DNA of 63,996 bases, the filler included, from Porpidia crustulata (lineage: Eukaryota), in assembly GCA_964255105.1 (NCBI GenBank). It is 5 parts of 5 records of this genome, joined end to end, with 100 filler letters (N's around TTAATTAATTAA, not from the genome) between each part and the next. Parts side by side here need not be neighbours in the genome. Positions count along the whole stretch, not along the records: positions 12,837 to 25,570 come from CAXUWE010000494.1; positions 25,671 to 38,404 come from CAXUWE010000495.1; 3 more parts are not named here. One strand, written 5' to 3'. The notes beneath the pieces were generated by a model. It was given only the letters and a program-made list of their open reading frames with translations. It ran no database searches and was not told the origin of the DNA. Positions 23,122 to 35,279 of this stretch are shown here, piece after piece. Position 1 is the stretch's first letter; every line of letters begins with the position of its first letter. Both the position numbers and the translations under genes were made by a program.

Positions 23122-25570
23122 ATGACTTCAAACTCTCCTTTCCCTCCTGAGGCTACACACTTCAACGGCAAGACATTGAGTCCAGCGAGCCCAGTTCCAC
23201 TTCACATTCCCGAACCCTCAACCATACCAGTTCTCCAGAACCAAATAGATCCTGTCTTCAACCTTATGTCCACGCATATGGAACAGACGCCGACTTCTAG
23301 TAATGCGATCTCGGAATTCGGCACCTTCCACGACTACGCTCCCAGCACAACCCTTCCTGATACAAGTTGGACGGAAGCTAATAACAATTTGGTTGATGAT
23401 GCTGATGTTCGAGTTGGTAGTGAGTCTGAGGAGGATGAAAGCAGCAGTTCCGACATGGTAGACGAGGATATATATGGGGATGTGAAGCAGAAGCAAAACT
23501 CTGATATTTTGCACAATCATTCCTCGTCCTCTACCGTCTATCCATCTACGTCTCCCTTTGCCAATGAGATTACTTCTGCAAATACGCAGACCCATTCTGC
23601 GCCGCAAATTCCTGACTACGACCAGAAGCCCCCCGAAGACACACTCCAATACACCTCATCCCGTGAGCCCTTTCAAGATGCTCCTGAACCCCGGAGCCCA
23701 AGTATCACGAAGCTTGACAATACAGACAAAGAGGACGTTCACATGCAGGAGAGCGACACGGATGTAACCAATGGAGGTGTGAATTACGACGCTTTGTTGG
23801 ATAATTTATCTCCCTCTACTGCCACTGCTCCCCTCGCAGAATCTCTCATTTCCATTACGACAGCTGCTCCTACAGATGCGTCCAGTGCGGCCAAGCCAAG
23901 CAATGCCGAAATCCCTATTGCTGCTATCCCCCTCCCCGCTGGGCTCCCTCCTCGCCCACCACCACAAGAAAAGCCTGCGATTCATCCCAATTACACACCC
24001 GGAGAAGACATACGTTCATATCATTATCCACAGACCCAAACTTCTACAGCTCATAAATCATACACTTCCCAGCCAAGTAATTCGTACCGACCTGGTCAAG
24101 CCTTTGCTAATCCTGCTTCCGGTGCTGCTGTTGGTGCCAATGGCTTGCCGCCTCCACCCCTTGCGACTTTCCAACAACCCCCACCTAAGGACAGTCAGTC
24201 ACAGCGTAGCCCTTTAAGCCCTCAAAACCAAGATCGCGACGGCCAAGGAAGGAACGGCGAGAAGTCAGCCTTGACGATTGATCAAACGGAGGACGAAGTG
24301 CCATGGGCACCGGAGGTTGAGAAGAGATACGCAGAGTTCCTAGTCGATGAGGCAGTGTACGTGACTGAAGGACTGTGGGATAGGTTTCCTCCAGGTTCCA
24401 GATTATTCGTCGGTGAGTCCTCCGTCACAGCTGTTCCGTCTTGAGACTCTAATAAGTTAAGGGAACCTTTTCTCCGAGAAGACGTCGAAGCGTGACCTTT
24501 TCTACGTTTTCCACAGGTATGGCAGACTGGCCCAAATTTCAATCAAGAACGCCTACGGCTTCATCCAGTATCTTGACTCCCATTCCTGTCAACGCGCCCT
24601 CCAATCTGAGCAAGGACAGGCTATTAGGGGGAGGAAATTACGTAAGATAACTTGGATAAAAATATATTACCTACATAACTAACCATTTTCCCAGACCTAG
24701 AAATCTCCAAGCCGCAGAAGAACGCCCGGAATGCCAGCGCAACAGCTGCTGGTGACAATCTCCGAGCAGGACACAGTCGACGATCTCGTTCTCCAGACCG
24801 TGGTTGGGGAAACCAACAGCGCGGGGGTGGACAACGTGGAGATCGAATCGATCGGGGTGTTGTTCCTGGCAACTTTAGAGACGATCTCCGGCATCGAGAT
24901 GCCTATCGACCAAACCGATCTCCATCGCCAATGGATTTCCGCGGCCGAGATGACTACCGTGGAGGTCGTGACAGAAGTCCAGATCGATATATTCCGAGTC
25001 GACGAAGTCGGTCAAGGTCTCCTGATGGGCGGTATAGGAATGGGCGCTACAGGAGTCGCAGCCCTGTTGGTCGAGAGATGGATGAGGACGCATATTTGCC
25101 AATACCACGACGAGATCCTCGAGATGTGCCGGAGGTCCAGATGATTTTGGTAGATGAGGTGGACAGGTGTGCTAGCCCATCAAGATTTATCGAGTGCTTG
25201 AGCTGATTATCCTACAGGACCTTTGTGGCGTATATAGAAAAGTCTTTCCGTGACCGTGGTCTCCGCTGTGGAATCCTCCAACTTCCTCGTGGCGTCCCCC
25301 TTGACCTAGCAATCAAGCGGCAGATTCTCGAAGGCGTCCAAGCTGTCGTCAAAATTTTTCGCCAATCTCAAGTCACCGGCAAGATTCCCCTTCAAGTCTT
25401 CGACCGTAGAGGTGGCATTGATAATGTCCGCTTCGAAGAATACGACGAGCTCGATGCTAACATTGCAGCCGAACTCGTCGTCCGAGCCAAATCCACCCAT
25501 TTCGCCCCAGCGCCACTCCAACAATACCCCCCGCAAACGCCCACATACGGTGCTCCACAGCAGTATAACC
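23122..25570 (+). CDS. NAB3: Nab3-like RRM RNA-binding protein; 3' end truncated by contig end
   Basis: FPPGSRLFVG-NL...YGRLAQISIKNAYGFIQY...LEISKPQKN RRM, RS/RD-rich region, then VPEVQMILVDEVDR and NVRFEEY conserved blocks across GT-AG introns. Confidence 0.88.
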
Positions 25571-25670
25571 NNNNNNNNNNNNNNNNNNNNNNNNNNNNNN
25601 NNNNNNNNNNNNNNTTAATTAATTAANNNNNNNNNNNNNNNNNNNNNNNNNNNNNNNNNNNNNNNNNNNN
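25571..25670. other. Artificial contig-joining spacer
   Basis: N44-TTAATTAATTAA-N44. Confidence 0.98.
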
Positions 25671-25727
25671 GAGTGCGAGAGCGCCGGCGCTCAGGGCGAG
25701 GAGGAGGAGGGGGGTTGGGATGTGCAT
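25671..25727 (-). CDS. N-terminal signal peptide of an unknown secreted protein, cut by contig end
   Basis: CAAAAATG context then MHIPTPLLLLALSAGALAL; a TATA-like TATATA lies about 120 nt upstream. Confidence 0.45.
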
Positions 25728-26996
25728 TTTTGATTGGAGGTTGTTGGGAGGAGCTGGTGGTGATGGTTTGCTGGGTTTAGGCTTTGGATGTTGGGAATGG
25801 TATGAGGATTGTTTTTGGTCTGAGGAGATTGCGGGTTCGCTCTTGCTATATACGAAGTTTCCTCGTTGTTGATTCCCACAACTGACTCTCACAATGACAT
25901 TCACCTTAGTCGCCAAGGATGTAAGAAAACAGTCTTCTTCTTTGTTGTGACCTTCAAAAGAGCTCTTTGTTGAACAATCTGAGTATCTTATAGTCATAAC
26001 GGTCACAAAGAGATCCTTTCATGACTATGCCGAGATAAAGAAGCAATAGGGAATGGAATATTTTGCACCCATTGTCGATGAAAGCAGTATAAGTACTGAG
26101 GGCAAGCAATACTTTCCAGTCACAAAAAACCCTCATCATGACTCCTATGATGTGGTGGATCATAGCCTTGGTTTTCGCAGCATACCTTACGGCTCTCCTC
26201 TTCACAATCGGGATTTTCTTTGCCTGGCTCTGTATGATGTGCTTCTGCGCACTTTTCTTTCTAATAATCCTGGAACGCGCCTCACACCTTGATCCCGCCG
26301 TTTTGATCATTGCAGGATCTGGTGGAGCAGGCTTATTGATCTTGATTTTCGACATACCTCAGCGTGTCCGACCCTTGCCATCTTTGGCTTTGATCGCGAT
26401 GGTCTTTGGCATGACTTATCATCCATCAAGTGCATTGATCGACTATAGGATCGGTGCATGAGTCCATTAGCAATTTGGTAGACTACCCATCAGCTAGGTC
26501 GGCCACGGTTCAAAATATTTGATCTAGATGTAGTTGAGATATACATCAATCATTTTCAGCCTACTTTGAAATTTTCGTTCGAGACTTCAAAGTATATTTA
26601 CGTCTTGATCGAGACTCGATTGATTTGAATCTCTTGATGTGTGCTCAGCCTTAGTCGAAGTATGCACAATTGGCTTGGGAAGCACAAGAAATTTTTTGAG
26701 CAACAGATGGTGTTGTCGAATATGTTACAGTCAATTAACCCTTTATCCTACAGAGAAAATCCATCAGCATACTTTTGATAAATCATTATTGTCATCCATA
26801 CCTCAAAAAATAGCAACGAGACAGATGTAAATTTAATCCACGAAGCCCTGTGTAGTAAACAACTTCAAGCCGAAGGCAAAATTATATTGCATTGCCGTAT
26901 CAATAACATTACTAGCATAATTATCGTTCACAATGCAAGACTCAAAGGTTAAAGAATTATCACCAAATCAATTCTGGCTGCCAATGGTAGTGGAGG

Positions 26997-27805
26997 TCAG
27001 TAAGGGCGAGGAGCGCGTTCGCCCGCGGGCAACACTCTTCCATCGGTATCTCTTACTTTGCCCCTGCCATCCCTAATTCTCGGATGCTCTCTCTCATTGA
27101 CCCAACGGCCATCTTCTCCCCCACTCAAGTCAGAGTGGAAGCTCGACGATCGACGGTGTCCTTGACGCAACATTGCTGCACGTTCGCTCTCTTCTTCGTC
27201 TACTAATTCGCCTTCGGCGGTATCATGGTCCGGTGGAGAAATCCACTCCCTCGGCACAACACATGGTAGCGCAACACCAATGCCAGCTGCCCTGTTTATC
27301 CATGACGGGGCAGCCTTGCCGGTCAATCTTTCGCAGAGATATGTCGTGAAGTGGTTGCAGTTGTTAGTCAAGAGATTGTACGAAGGTCCAAGATATTTTT
27401 GAGACACTTCCTTAATGATATCTTCGAGCTCGTGGTCCTGTCTGAAGGTAAAGCCTTGAAGGAGCTGACCGCGATAAGTCCCCCCGGGCGGTTCTACGCC
27501 GGGTTTTGTCCAGTATACTCCAGACATGTCAGGCTGAGCATGCCCACCAAATGCGTATTCTCTATTCAGGCTCTTTATCACAACCGCGGTATGTAATAGT
27601 GATGTTCCAACCATCCAAAGCATCGATGAAAGTTTGCCTGGCTGGAGAGTAATTGTCAGCAAGAGAGTAGCGCAAGAATTAGAGGAAGGCTTACTGGTAC
27701 AAGATCATACACGCTGATGAGAATCTCCGACTTCTGCGTGGTGGTGGAAGAACGTTGAGATCTGGGTGCCTGGCGAGTCGACTTTTTTTTACTCGAGGAA
27801 GCCAT
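26997..27805 (-). CDS. PPPDE-family peptidase (DeSI-like deSUMOylase/deubiquitinase), 2 exons
   Basis: ILISVYDLVP-PGKLSS...LLHTAVVI...EYAFGG...YNLLTNNCNHF...PSWINRAA; catalytic His and NCN motif. Confidence 0.92.
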
Positions 27806-28366
27806 CGTAGAAGATTCAGAGCGATTGCGTCTGATCGAAGGTAGGTGTGAGTGAGATCGAGGTTCAAGTTAGTCTAATGGCGAAGTTGGAAGCATTGTAG
27901 CTATATACTAGCAAAGAAAACAATGAGCAAAGAATGTGGTGAAGTAGGAAGATTGTCAATGAACGACAGTCATGGAAGATGAACAGAGTAAACAATGACT
28001 TTGTCCACACGAAACCCCCGCATGAGAACCTTCTCCGGCACTCGCTAAGCCCTGTGGCGGAAGCTTGATAGTCTCACGCGGCTATCCCGTCGACCCTACA
28101 GGAAAAGCTTCAACCTCATGTAGTGGCTGGAATATCAACATTAGTTCTCATGACCTGCGTTAAGACGAGGAAGGGACTGTGAGTCACCTTTCCAATGAGT
28201 AGCTGAAACGACGTCTCCGACCATCATTCTCTACGGTTTCACTTCAACATTCAACCTCTTTCAACGATCCGCAGCAAGAACTGCGATCGGATTTTCGACT
28301 TCCCTCAAGCCCCAAACGCGATACTTCTCGGCTTCAGCCCTTTTCCTAGCATTCAAGAAGAAGAAA

Positions 28367-29865
28367 ATGCCTCCTAAGAAAAAAGAGGAGGAGAAGAAGA
28401 TTCTCTTGGGTCGACCGGGTAATAATCTGAAAAGTGGCATCGTACGTAGGACATCTGCGTTCCCATGATTCTAGTGCGACACATTGAATTATGATTCCTA
28501 GGTTGGTTTGGCCAATGTTGGAAAGTCAACGCTGTTCCAAGCAATCACCAAATGCTCTCTCGGAAACCCTGCCGTATGTCCCGCTTGCCAACGCCCGCTG
28601 CAGAGCTAAGTTGACCAGCTCGACTATAGAACTTCCCGTACGCTACTATTGAGCCGGAAGAATCACGAGTCATTGTTCCAGATGCAAGATATGACTGGCT
28701 CTGTGATATGTATAAGCCGAAGTCTAGGGTGCCCGCCAATTTAACCGTCTATGACATTGCTGGCTTGACAAGAGGGGCCTCGACCGGAGCTGGATTGGGC
28801 AATGCCTTCCTTTCACATATTCGTGCTGTCGACGCAATCTTCCAAGTAGTCCGCTGCTTTGATGACGCAGAAATCATCCACGTCGAAGGAGACGTTGACC
28901 CTATACGAGATCTTGATATCATTGGTGAGGAGCTTCGAATAAAAGATATAGAGTTCACCGAAAAGGCCCTCGAGAATTTGAAGAAGCAGACTAGGAGAGG
29001 AGGCCAGAGTCTGGAAATGAAGAAATTGAAGGAGGAGGAGGCCACCGTTGAGAAGATACTTGCGTGGTTGAATGACGGGAAAGACGTCAGGAAAGAGAAC
29101 TGGACGCCCAAAGAGGTACGTTCGACAACTTTCGTGTCCCCATATTTCCTGGAATGAAGAATAAGAGCTATGAAGCTCGATAATCCCAGCTCGTTGAGCG
29201 ACTCGTAGGAAGGTCTGCTTTGAGATGAAATCCACGCTCTGACACGAACATTTCCACCTACTCTACTATCTCTCCCACTCGCTCCGTACACAATACTAAA
29301 ATGCACAATCCAGGTCGAGATCATCAACCCCCTCTTCCTCCTCACCGCCAAACCCGTCGTCTACCTCGTCAACCTCAGTGAAAAAGACTACATCCGCCAA
29401 AAAAACAAAAACCTCCCCAAAATCGCCGAGTGGGTCAAAGAGCACGCCACCGGTGACCCCATCATCCCCATGTCCATCGCCTTCGAAGAGCGCCTCACCC
29501 GCTTCGACACCGACGCTGCCGCCGACGCCGAATGCAAAACCCTCGGCACCAAATCCGCCCTCCCCAAGATCGTCGTCACCATGCGCCAGATGATGAACCT
29601 CGGCAGCTTCTTCACCACCGGCGCCGACGAGGTCAGGCAGTGGACCATCCGCAAGGGCACCAAAGCGCCCCAAGCCGCGGGTGTCATCCACGGCGATTTC
29701 GAAAAGACGTTTATCCAGTGCATCGTGTACAACTACGACGTGCTGAAGGAACTCAAGGATGAGGCGGCGGTCAAGTCGGCGGGCAAGGTGATGACCAAGG
29801 GTAAGGATTATGTGGTCGAGGATGGGGATATCATTTTGATCAAGGCGGGGGCGGCCAAGTCTTAG
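28367..29865 (+). CDS. OLA1: Obg-like ATPase 1 (YchF/Ola1), 4 exons
   Basis: [68 protein letters not shown], TGS domain FFTTGADEVRQWTIRKGTKAPQAAGVIHGDFEK. Confidence 0.96.
29149..29247 (+). ncRNA. snR69: Intronic box C/D snoRNA, snR69-like (predicted guide for 2'-O-methylation of 25S rRNA C2948, yeast numbering)
   Basis: In the 198-nt OLA1 intron 29116-29313: C box ATGAAGA (29154-29160), guide TAATCCCAGCTC plus D'-like TTGA, D box CTGA (29239-29242) preceded by ACGCT; flanking stem TTCGTGTC/GACACGAA. The guide is complementary to conserved LSU GAGCUGGG. Confidence 0.75.
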
Positions 29866-30284
29866 TTGGTTGTGATTTGGGTTGTATAGCAGGAGATACC
29901 AAATAAGCAGTCTTGATATTGGACTTATTTCACCACCAATCCTATCTTCGAAATGGTGCAACATCCCTCACTTCCAAGTCACTGCACACCAATCCCACAC
30001 CACTCTCCCAACCACCCACACGAGGTACAAAGAGTGGCGATGAGCTCTGGGGATCTCCAACAAACATCCTCCCGTTACGCCCAAACGCCAACCCTCCGCC
30101 TCCGTCCAGCACTGGAGAATACAGCCAGAAATCTTTTATACAGAGCGAAGAGAAACAACCTACTCCCAAGCACGCTTTATCGAAATGCACACCTAACGCT
30201 CAAAATGCACGACTAATCCTCAAAGGGGGGAGTATGGCATGGCTCCCCTGGCGTAGAGAGGAATCCAGCGGAGAGCAGACAGAC

Positions 30285-32029
30285 TCATATGTAATCCCTG
30301 GCGCTCTTCTGCAGCTCAATCAGCCTCCAGCCCCTCGTGTCCGCATTACCCACATCCTCCGGCACGCGCGTGACCCCGATCGCGTACGTGACCAGCTGCA
30401 CCTTATCCTCCATGCCGGCCGCCAGCGCATTGGTCTTAGCGTTGCGGTACACGTGGACCTCCTGTGTGCGGCATGTGATGATGAACACGGGCACCTCGCC
30501 GGGCTCGAGCATGCGGGCCGACAAAATGTCCACGTGGCGGATGTCGAGGATGCGGCCGTCGGAGCGGAGGCCGGCGGTCTTGTATTGGTGGGAGAGGGCG
30601 CTGTAGACCTGGAACTGCGCGGCCGAGAGCCAGAGCTTGAGGGTTTCCGTGTCGCCTTTGACGTAGGCGTCGAGAACCTCGGGTAGGATGTACTCGCGCA
30701 TCTCGCGCAGGAAGGGTTCGACCTGGAAGGCGGGGTCCATTTCGCGGAATTTCTTGATGACCATGGCGGTTTCGTTCTCGGCGAAGAAGCCGGCGACGCG
30801 GTCGGTGATGCTGCGGGCGGTGGAGACGAGGGGGTTTTCGGATTCGGCGTAGGAGGATTTGAGGGTGAAGAGGGATTGCATGAGGCGGTTCGAGTCGCGG
30901 AAGTCGCGCCAGGATTCTTTCCAAGCTGCGTCTTTGTGGAGGGTTACGTTTGTTCCGGCGCTGTCAAAAGGTCAGCCTGAGCAAGGGGGTCCTGAGATGA
31001 CGATTTTTACTGCGGATCCTCTTCTGCCTTCTCTGCTCGCCGCCCGGGCCTACCGCCTGCACCAAATTCGTTAAGCTCCCTTAACTCTCGTTGTTTTCGC
31101 CGTTCTTCTTTCTCAACCCAGCCTCCATATCGCGAGCTACTCCCATCGTCCACCACATCCTTCACACTCCCAACGGCCGTCTTGTAAACTTTGGTTTCCC
31201 TGACCGGCCTCGTCGCTTTCTCAATCCCGCTAGCTGTAGCATTGACACCAGTCCGGACGCCCTTGACGACGGGTGTATCCCAAGTCCAGGCCGCTCCTTG
31301 ACCCAGAGCTTTCCCAGTCCCTTTCAATGCGGTGGCAGTGGCCGAAGTTGCCGTACCAGATGCAGCACTGTAAGCTTGTCGCGCGCGCTTGACAGACTCA
31401 TTTTCAGTAAATTGGTGTGCGGAAGATGCGAGGGCTTTGGTAGATTCGTTCCACTCCTTTGAGGCTTGGAATTCGGATTTGAGCGTCTCGGTAAAGACCT
31501 GCCATGGTGTTTTGTTGCCATGTGGTGGTGGGGACGGTGGCTCTTCTTTCTTCTGCTCTTTCTTCTGCTCTTCCTTCTTGCTCCCTTCACTGCTTTCGTT
31601 TTCGCTCTTCCCTGACGATCCCTCGGACTTTGCTTTACTTTCTGCGGAAGCTCCCTCTGATTTTCCACCAGGCGCAGATTCGGCCGTCTCACCTTCGCTA
31701 GATTGTCCGGGAGGGGAGCCCTGCTGCGATGAGTCTCTCACTTTTCCACTCTGCTGCTGTTCCTGTAATCGGGTAGAGATGATGGAAAAAGTTCTCGAAG
31801 TGGATGGTAACGTGATTTGAGATAGTAGAGAGGCCGGAGACCTTAGCAAAAGAAGGCTTGAGGGAGTCTCATGGTGGCATAAGGTAGGTAGCGGAGCCTT
31901 GTATACTTCGCTGTATATCCTTCGATATGGAGCTGTTCTCCCAGATATGGGTATGGACAAATCGAACCATCGCACAGTGCGAGCACCCCTTGCCCGGGGA
32001 CATTGTAGAAGCCGTAACGGTTTGCTCAT
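30285..32029 (-). CDS. TIM44: Mitochondrial inner membrane translocase subunit Tim44, 2 exons
   Basis: Presequence-like N-terminus, TPWQVFTETLKSEF, SSRYGGWVEKEERR, C-terminal Tim44 domain FAENETAMVIKKFREMDPAF...YILPEVLDAYVKGD...GWRLIE. Confidence 0.95.
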
Positions 32030-32260
32030 GCTATTCTGTCAGCGAAGAAGACGTTGATGCGCCGTCTTTACTGTAGAGACTCTGAGCTTTGGTTAAATAA
32101 AAAGAGGATTGGGAGATGGAGGCGGCGAAAAATCGGCCAGAGCGAATTCTTACAGGGATCCGACACTAGAGTACGGCGGACCATAACCTCCTGGTAAAGC
32201 AAGAGACATCAGAAACCACCTCAATCAAGTGCAGGTTACCTCTTCTGATACACAAGCACA

Positions 32261-32917
32261 ATGTTTCGTCCACTACTTACAGTACCACCAATTCATTCAA
32301 TATGCTCTCGATGCCGCCACAGCATCTTTGTCAGAACCCCAACCCAACGCAGCCTCGTCACCACCGCCACTAAACCCTCAGAAACGCCGAACTCGTCCTA
32401 CTCCTCCATCTTCAAAGCTTTCCAAAGCGCCCCCCCGAAGCCCGCGATCGCCTCCAACTCAACCTCAAATCGGGAACCGCTAGACCTCGGATCTCTCCCC
32501 CAAGTCTCCGACTTCAATACCATCAAAGGCTGGCGCCCTGCCGCCCCACCCCACCACCTCCACATCTTCGCACACAGACACAACACCCACATCACCCTCA
32601 CCGACGGCCAGCGCCAACCCATCATCTCCATCTCCGCCGGCAACATCGGGTTTAGGAAATCTGCCAGAGGTACCTACGATGCGGGATTTCAATTGGGGTC
32701 GTATGTGATGGCGAGGATCCAGTCGCAAGGGCTGCTGGCGAAGATTCAGAGTTTGGAGGTGATTATGAGGGATTTTGGGCCGGGGCGAGAGGCGTTGACG
32801 AAGATTTTGCTGGGGACGGAAGGGAAATATCTTAGGGGGAGGATTGTGAGGGTTATGGATGCGACGAGGTTGAAGTTTGGGGGTACGAGGGGGAAGAAGC
32901 CGAGGAGATTGGGCTAG
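32261..32917 (+). CDS. MRPS18: Mitochondrial ribosomal protein uS11m
   Basis: HIFAHRHNTHITLTD...SAGNIGFRKSARGTYDAG...DFGPGREA...DATRLKFGGTRGKKPRRLG; intronless ORF with mitochondrial presequence. Confidence 0.93.
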   Translation: MFRPLLTVPPIHSICSRCRHSIFVRTPTQRSLVTTATKPSETPNSSYSSIFKAFQSAPPKPAIASNSTSNREPLDLGSLPQVSDFNTIKGWRPAAPPHHLHIFAHRHNTHITLTDGQRQPIISISAGNIGFRKSARGTYDAGFQLGSYVMARIQSQGLLAKIQSLEVIMRDFGPGREALTKILLGTEGKYLRGRIVRVMDATRLKFGGTRGKKPRRLG

Positions 32918-33437
32918 GCATCTATGGGGTTGGAGGTTTATGTTCATATTGTACATTGGCCTGGAGGGTTATTAGTCGTTCCGAGGGGAGTCCAGCTTCC
33001 TCGCCTGTAAAGCAAGCGCTTTATCAGAGGAAATGGTACCTGAGATATGCTCGATTTCGAAGACCGAATGGCACTGTTTTATCGCTCAAGATGACTTGGA
33101 AATATGCGACGTTCGGCCGTATATAGAGCTAGACTTCTTGGGCGTCACCTTGAATATGCTCAGTCGTCGAAATAGGGCCTGAATTGTAAGAGCGTAAGCC
33201 ATTAGCTTAAGGAAGAGATTAATAGGTTCTCGGGGGAAGGGACATCTGTGGGAATTGAAGGTAAACCCAGGCACTGATATCAAAACGACCCGACATTTTT
33301 ACATCGTTTTTTGAGAGCTTGTCGATGTGTATATTAGATGACAAGTTCATTCGATGACAAGAGCTATGAGAAATGGTACGGGAACTGGATGACATTAAAT
33401 TCTCCGATGCCGACCTTTCCAGTTGTAAGTTGTTGAC

Positions 33438-34595
33438 TTAGCTCATCACTCCTTTTGTCTCCCCAATCCTAAAAACACATTTCACCGCACTCGCTCTCCC
33501 CTCCTTCAAAGCTCTCAAGCCCCTCTTCACTCCTCCAAACCCGCCCGCTGCAACCTCATACGGATGCCCCTTGAAATATCCTTCCTGCAATCCCCTTCCA
33601 AAATATCTAAACATCAAATACCCAAACTCCGAGTTTCCAGTCTTCGTACCAGCCAGCAGGGTAAAGGGCCTTGGATCAGTGTTTTTGAAAATGTCACCCA
33701 CGGCCGTCAGGGACATCTTGACCGTATCGGGGATTTTGGTAAGGTCTATCCCGGGCAGCACGAAGGTTATTTGACCCATTTTATGATCGAGAACCTTGCA
33801 GATGTTGACGTAGCTTCCATTCCCCGAGACGAAATCAAAGACGTATTCTACCTTTCCACCATGCTGCTGTACCGCAGCTCTGAGGCCGTTGACGAGATTG
33901 ATGTCGCCGTCGCGGTAATCGAGGATGAGATCACCTTTGCTTTTATCGATCAGGCTCTCAACATGGGGGATACCACGGCCGGCAACGCAGATTAGGGGGT
34001 GAATATTGGAAAGCTGGGCAAGCTGAGTAGCGAAGGAACCTACAGGTGAAGCAGCACCGTAGATTATCAATGAATTTGGGAGGATAGTTGGGTGGATGGG
34101 AAGCGGGAGAGAGAGGCGCTGTCAGTGACCCAGTGCGGCGGACATTGCTGCCAAAGGAATTGTTGCGACTTCTGTCGTTGGTAAGTGAGCAAGGGGCCTA
34201 AATCTTGGATCGTTTTCGTGTAAAGCAGAAAAAGTATCAGTCACTGGGTCGAGGTGCTATACCTTCGAAACTTGTCTCCTTAGGGATATGGAAGGAAGCA
34301 TGCGAAGAGCTGGCAGCATGTTCCGCATAGCTACCTCCAGGCTGCGTCATTCAATGGAGCGCAGCTATTTGGTCTCCGGGTTTGAACTCAATGACCTTAG
34401 ACCCTACCGCGTGAACAATCCTAGCAATATCGTCCCCTGATTGAAACTCGTCTCTGATATATCCGCCCACTTCCAATCTCTGGGATTCGAGCCGGAAACG
34501 ATGACCTTTGTGACGACTTCATCATCTTTTGGGGTCGGAATGGGAGAGTCAATAATTTTAACCTTCGGACCTGGATAAACGATTGCTTCTTTCAT
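33438..34595 (-). pseudogene. Disrupted zinc-type alcohol dehydrogenase/enoyl-reductase-like (MDR family) gene
   Basis: MKEAIVYPGPKV...VSGSNPRDWK; frameshift at about 34433 (NQG/DDIA); in-frame TGA at 34351-34353 and 34122-34124; intact C-terminal part IIYGAASPVG...ALKEGRASAVK. Confidence 0.82.
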
Positions 34596-35279
34596 GGCGC
34601 TATAGAGTCTAGTACTGACGGCGAAACGTCTTACAGGAGAACGAAGTAGGAACATTCGTCGTTGTACTGCGTTATGGATTTTTCCATTGCTGGTAGGTTC
34701 CCAAGCGGGGTGAAGCTGATTCATCATCAATGCGGGTGATTCTGCGATGCGAAGTCAGAATTGTCGACTCCCATCACATTTGTAGATTATGTTTGATCAA
34801 CCAACACAGCGTCCCTAGTACTGAATTCGGGGCTAAGGTGACTAGGTCAAACCAAGGCATGGCGTCTTCCATACCAAACAAAAGAATCGGCCACAAGATC
34901 AAAGACACTCCTGTACAGGATCTAAAAACCAAATCACCTGCCTGTTGACTGCAGATTTGGTTGCCCCTTTTCTGTAAACTCTACTCTTAGTAGTTATTGA
35001 CTGAATAATTGATGTGGCGGTATATGTGGGTTTGGCCGGAGGTCGATGAGTCGAAAATTCGAAGACCGGTATCAATTGGAAGAGACAGGATAGCTGCAAT
35101 GTCGCCACTTCTGGAGGCGATATGCCCACGGCCACTTCTGGAGACTCATTGGCTGATTCGAAAACTTGATATCAAATACTCTAGAGTAAATGCAAAGTCG
35201 AAAAAGCTTGATCGATTGCGATTGGGGTCTGGCTGTAGTATAGACATTACTAAGATACAACGGTCGACCGGACATAGGA

